Program-made: the position numbers and the translations under genes | Part shown: positions 61,747 through 64,000 of the stretch, piece after piece | How positions within the stretch are numbered: the first letter of the stretch is position 1 | How the letters are laid out: each line of letters begins with the position of its first letter | Origin: Macrostomum lignano | Taxonomy: Eukaryota | Direction: 5' to 3' | NCBI GenBank assembly: GCA_002269645.1 | Contig: NIVC01001673.1 | Coordinates: forward strand, 186,001-250,000 | Length of the DNA stretch: 64,000 bases | Notes under the pieces: model-generated | Databases searched by the model: none | Told to the model about the DNA's origin: nothing | What the model saw: the letters and a program-made list of their open reading frames with translations, nothing else

Positions 61747-64000
61747 CTGGGCGTCAATCCGATGCCCCAAATAGGTCACCGAATTCTCCATGAAGCGGCA
61801 TTTGTCAAGCCGGCACTTCAGCCCGGCTTACTTACTTGACTTAGCTGCAGAGCTGTCCCGGAGGGGACACAGCGGGAAGGCGCGGGCGCCTATTCCGCTA
61901 GTCCCTGAACGGCCGATGCGTCGCTATGGACGGAGGGTTGGCGCCGCCCAGGGAGGTCCCCCAGTGTCGCCAGCAGCTATGGTGCTCTCTGGAAAGGAGA
62001 GTTCAGCCCTGCGGGTGGCCCGAAGGTAGCGCATGAGCTGATTAAAGTTTTCGGGTTTGCACGCTTCAGTAATAGATGTGTGTGGCCCCAAGGTAAGTGA
62101 GTCTGGCCCGCGTGAAGGCGGGACAGATGCTGACGAAATGCTCAGCGGTTTTGTCACCTGAGTTGCAGAAGCTATAGGTGGCGTTGGTGGCGTTGCCCTG
62201 CAGGTGCTGGTGCCTGGAGAAGCAGCCGTGACCAGAGAGGGTCATGGTGGCAGCCCGGATGTCTCTGCGCGAGAGGCGCAAGAGGAGCTTCCGGAGCTGG
62301 TGAGAGGGCTGAGGGACAGCGCCTCTGGATTGCCTGCAGTTCGTGCGGTTCGCCCAAGTCAAGTGGTGCTGAGTCCTGATCCACACTTTGATGCGCAAGT
62401 CGATGACACAGCAAGGAATTGGGACAAGAGGTTCGGGGCCGAGAGAGGAGCCGGAGGCACCAACTTTTGCAAGGGTGTCAGCCAACTCATTTCCTCGGAT
62501 CCCCACATGCCCCGGAACCCACTTAAGGGTAATTTTGTTGGCGGAACCCAACACATTGAGGAGTTTGATACAGTCAAGGACTGTAGCAGAGTTGGTGCTG
62601 CAGCCACTGATGGCGTGCAAGGCAGCTTGGCTGTCCGAATGGAAAATGATGTTCTTACCGATAACGCCAGTGGCGAGAAGCTCTGCAGTGCAGGAGCTGA
62701 TGGCCAGAACTTCATTTTGGAAAACACTGGAGTTGACCCCAGTGTATTGAGTGTGGGTAGCGATGACCCTCCTGTTCAGAAAGATTCCAACACCAAAGCC
62801 GGTGTTGGCTGACTGCTTAGAACCGTCGGTGTAGCAATGAAGCTCACCAGGGTTCCAATGGTCATTGATGTTATCGCGCGAGTCAATAGCTACGGAGTAG
62901 CGCTGTCTCAGGTTGAGCATTGAGGCAATGCCATTGGTGAAGACGCGATTGGCCTGACACTCGTTGAGAAAGTTGAGGCACAGATCACTATGCGGGACAA
63001 GGTTCCGCTTAGCAGGTGCTCTCATGTAAATGAATTTGACGCCGGCATCAATTAGACGCCGCATTGTTCTAGCCGCCTCACCCCTGATGAAGAGGTCAAG
63101 AGGCGGAAGATTAAGGAAGGCCCCCATGCCAGCAAAGGGCATGGACCTGGTGGCGTTGCAGATGAGCCTACACGCTCTGCCTTGGATCGTGTTGAGCAGG
63201 TCTGCATGGCTTTTGACCTGGGTAGCGCTAACCCAGACAACAGAGGCGTACGTAATGGCAAGTCTAACTACGGAAGTATAGATCCACCAAAGCTGCTTTG
63301 GGGATAGACCCCAAGAAGTGCCAAGTGCTCGTCGGAGCTGGGCCAGGATGGCTGAGGCACGCTTGGCTTTTGCTTTCACGTGGGAGGACCAGTTGAGCCG
63401 GTGGTCAAGTATGACCCCAAGACATCTGGTCTGGTGCACGAAGGCAATATCTCTGCCGTAGAGCTGCAGAGGACGTATGTTCCAGCGTAGTCTGCTGGTA
63501 AACATAATGGCAACGGTTTTGGGCTCAGAGAGTTCCAGACCATTGTCATTGGCCCAGGATTCTGCTTTGCGGATAAAGCTCTGCATCAGATCCCTGAGCG
63601 TGCTGGGAGATGGTCCTGCCACAATGGCCATGATGTCATCAGCATACCCGACTTTGAAGACGGGGTCGGGTCGGGAGTCACTCAAAAGAGCGTCCATGAC
63701 CAGGTTCCAGAGCGTCGGGGTGAGGACTCCGCCTTGGGGTCCACCCTTACAGACTCTGGTGGAGGCAGTTTGCCCAAGAAGTTGGGCAGTGACTGTACGG
63801 TTGGAGATCATGTACATGATCCACCGTATGAGGGTAGCATGAGCTTTGCGATTTTGAAGGGCCCTCTGAAACGCTTCAAAGATAACGTTGTTGAAGGCGC
63901 CAACAATGTCAAGAAAGAGAGCCAGAGCGTAATCGTCACCCAGTACCGCCCTTTCAATCTTCTCGACAATCGCATGCAAGGCGCTGTCAGTCGACCTCCC
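61747..64000 (-). mobile_element. Non-LTR retrotransposon, RT plus RNase H ORF (62066 to beyond 63979), runs off the window end
   Basis: LFLDIVGAFNN, PQGGVLTPTLWN, YADD, CLGVILD; RNase H YTDGSK, FQNEV, HSDS, WVPGHVGIRGNELADTLAK; C-terminal LSGHGCF..H..HF...C motif. Architecture of LOA/R1/I-group LINEs. The 3' boundary is approximate. Confidence 0.95.

Overview
This is eukaryotic (metazoan) genomic DNA with short GT-AG introns, GC-rich exons and many micro- and minisatellites. The style is reminiscent of a free-living flatworm such as Macrostomum, but that is inference only. About 49.6 kb is one large inverted duplication centred on a 327-N assembly gap (23376-23702). Each arm carries an Olig-class bHLH gene, two S10 serine carboxypeptidases, an ankyrin-repeat plus cGAS-like (Mab-21/cGLR) nucleotidyltransferase gene, a decayed EGFR/insulin-receptor-type ectodomain and a DEG/ENaC channel. 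The inner ~10 kb of the arms is near-identical apart from indels. The outer parts differ by SNPs, repeat copy number and a 2.5-kb foldback-like insertion with a 12-bp target-site duplication. The rest of the window holds RPL27A (3.8-kb satellite in its intron), eIF2A just upstream on the same strand (possible trans-spliced operon), an AT-rich island, a Gypsy integrase remnant and an RT+RNase H non-LTR retrotransposon. The best candidate for a new system is the predicted spliced 945-aa ANK-cGLR fusion with intact catalytic motifs (right arm), whose mirror copy appears disabled. All gene models and alignments were done by eye; no searches or computations were run.
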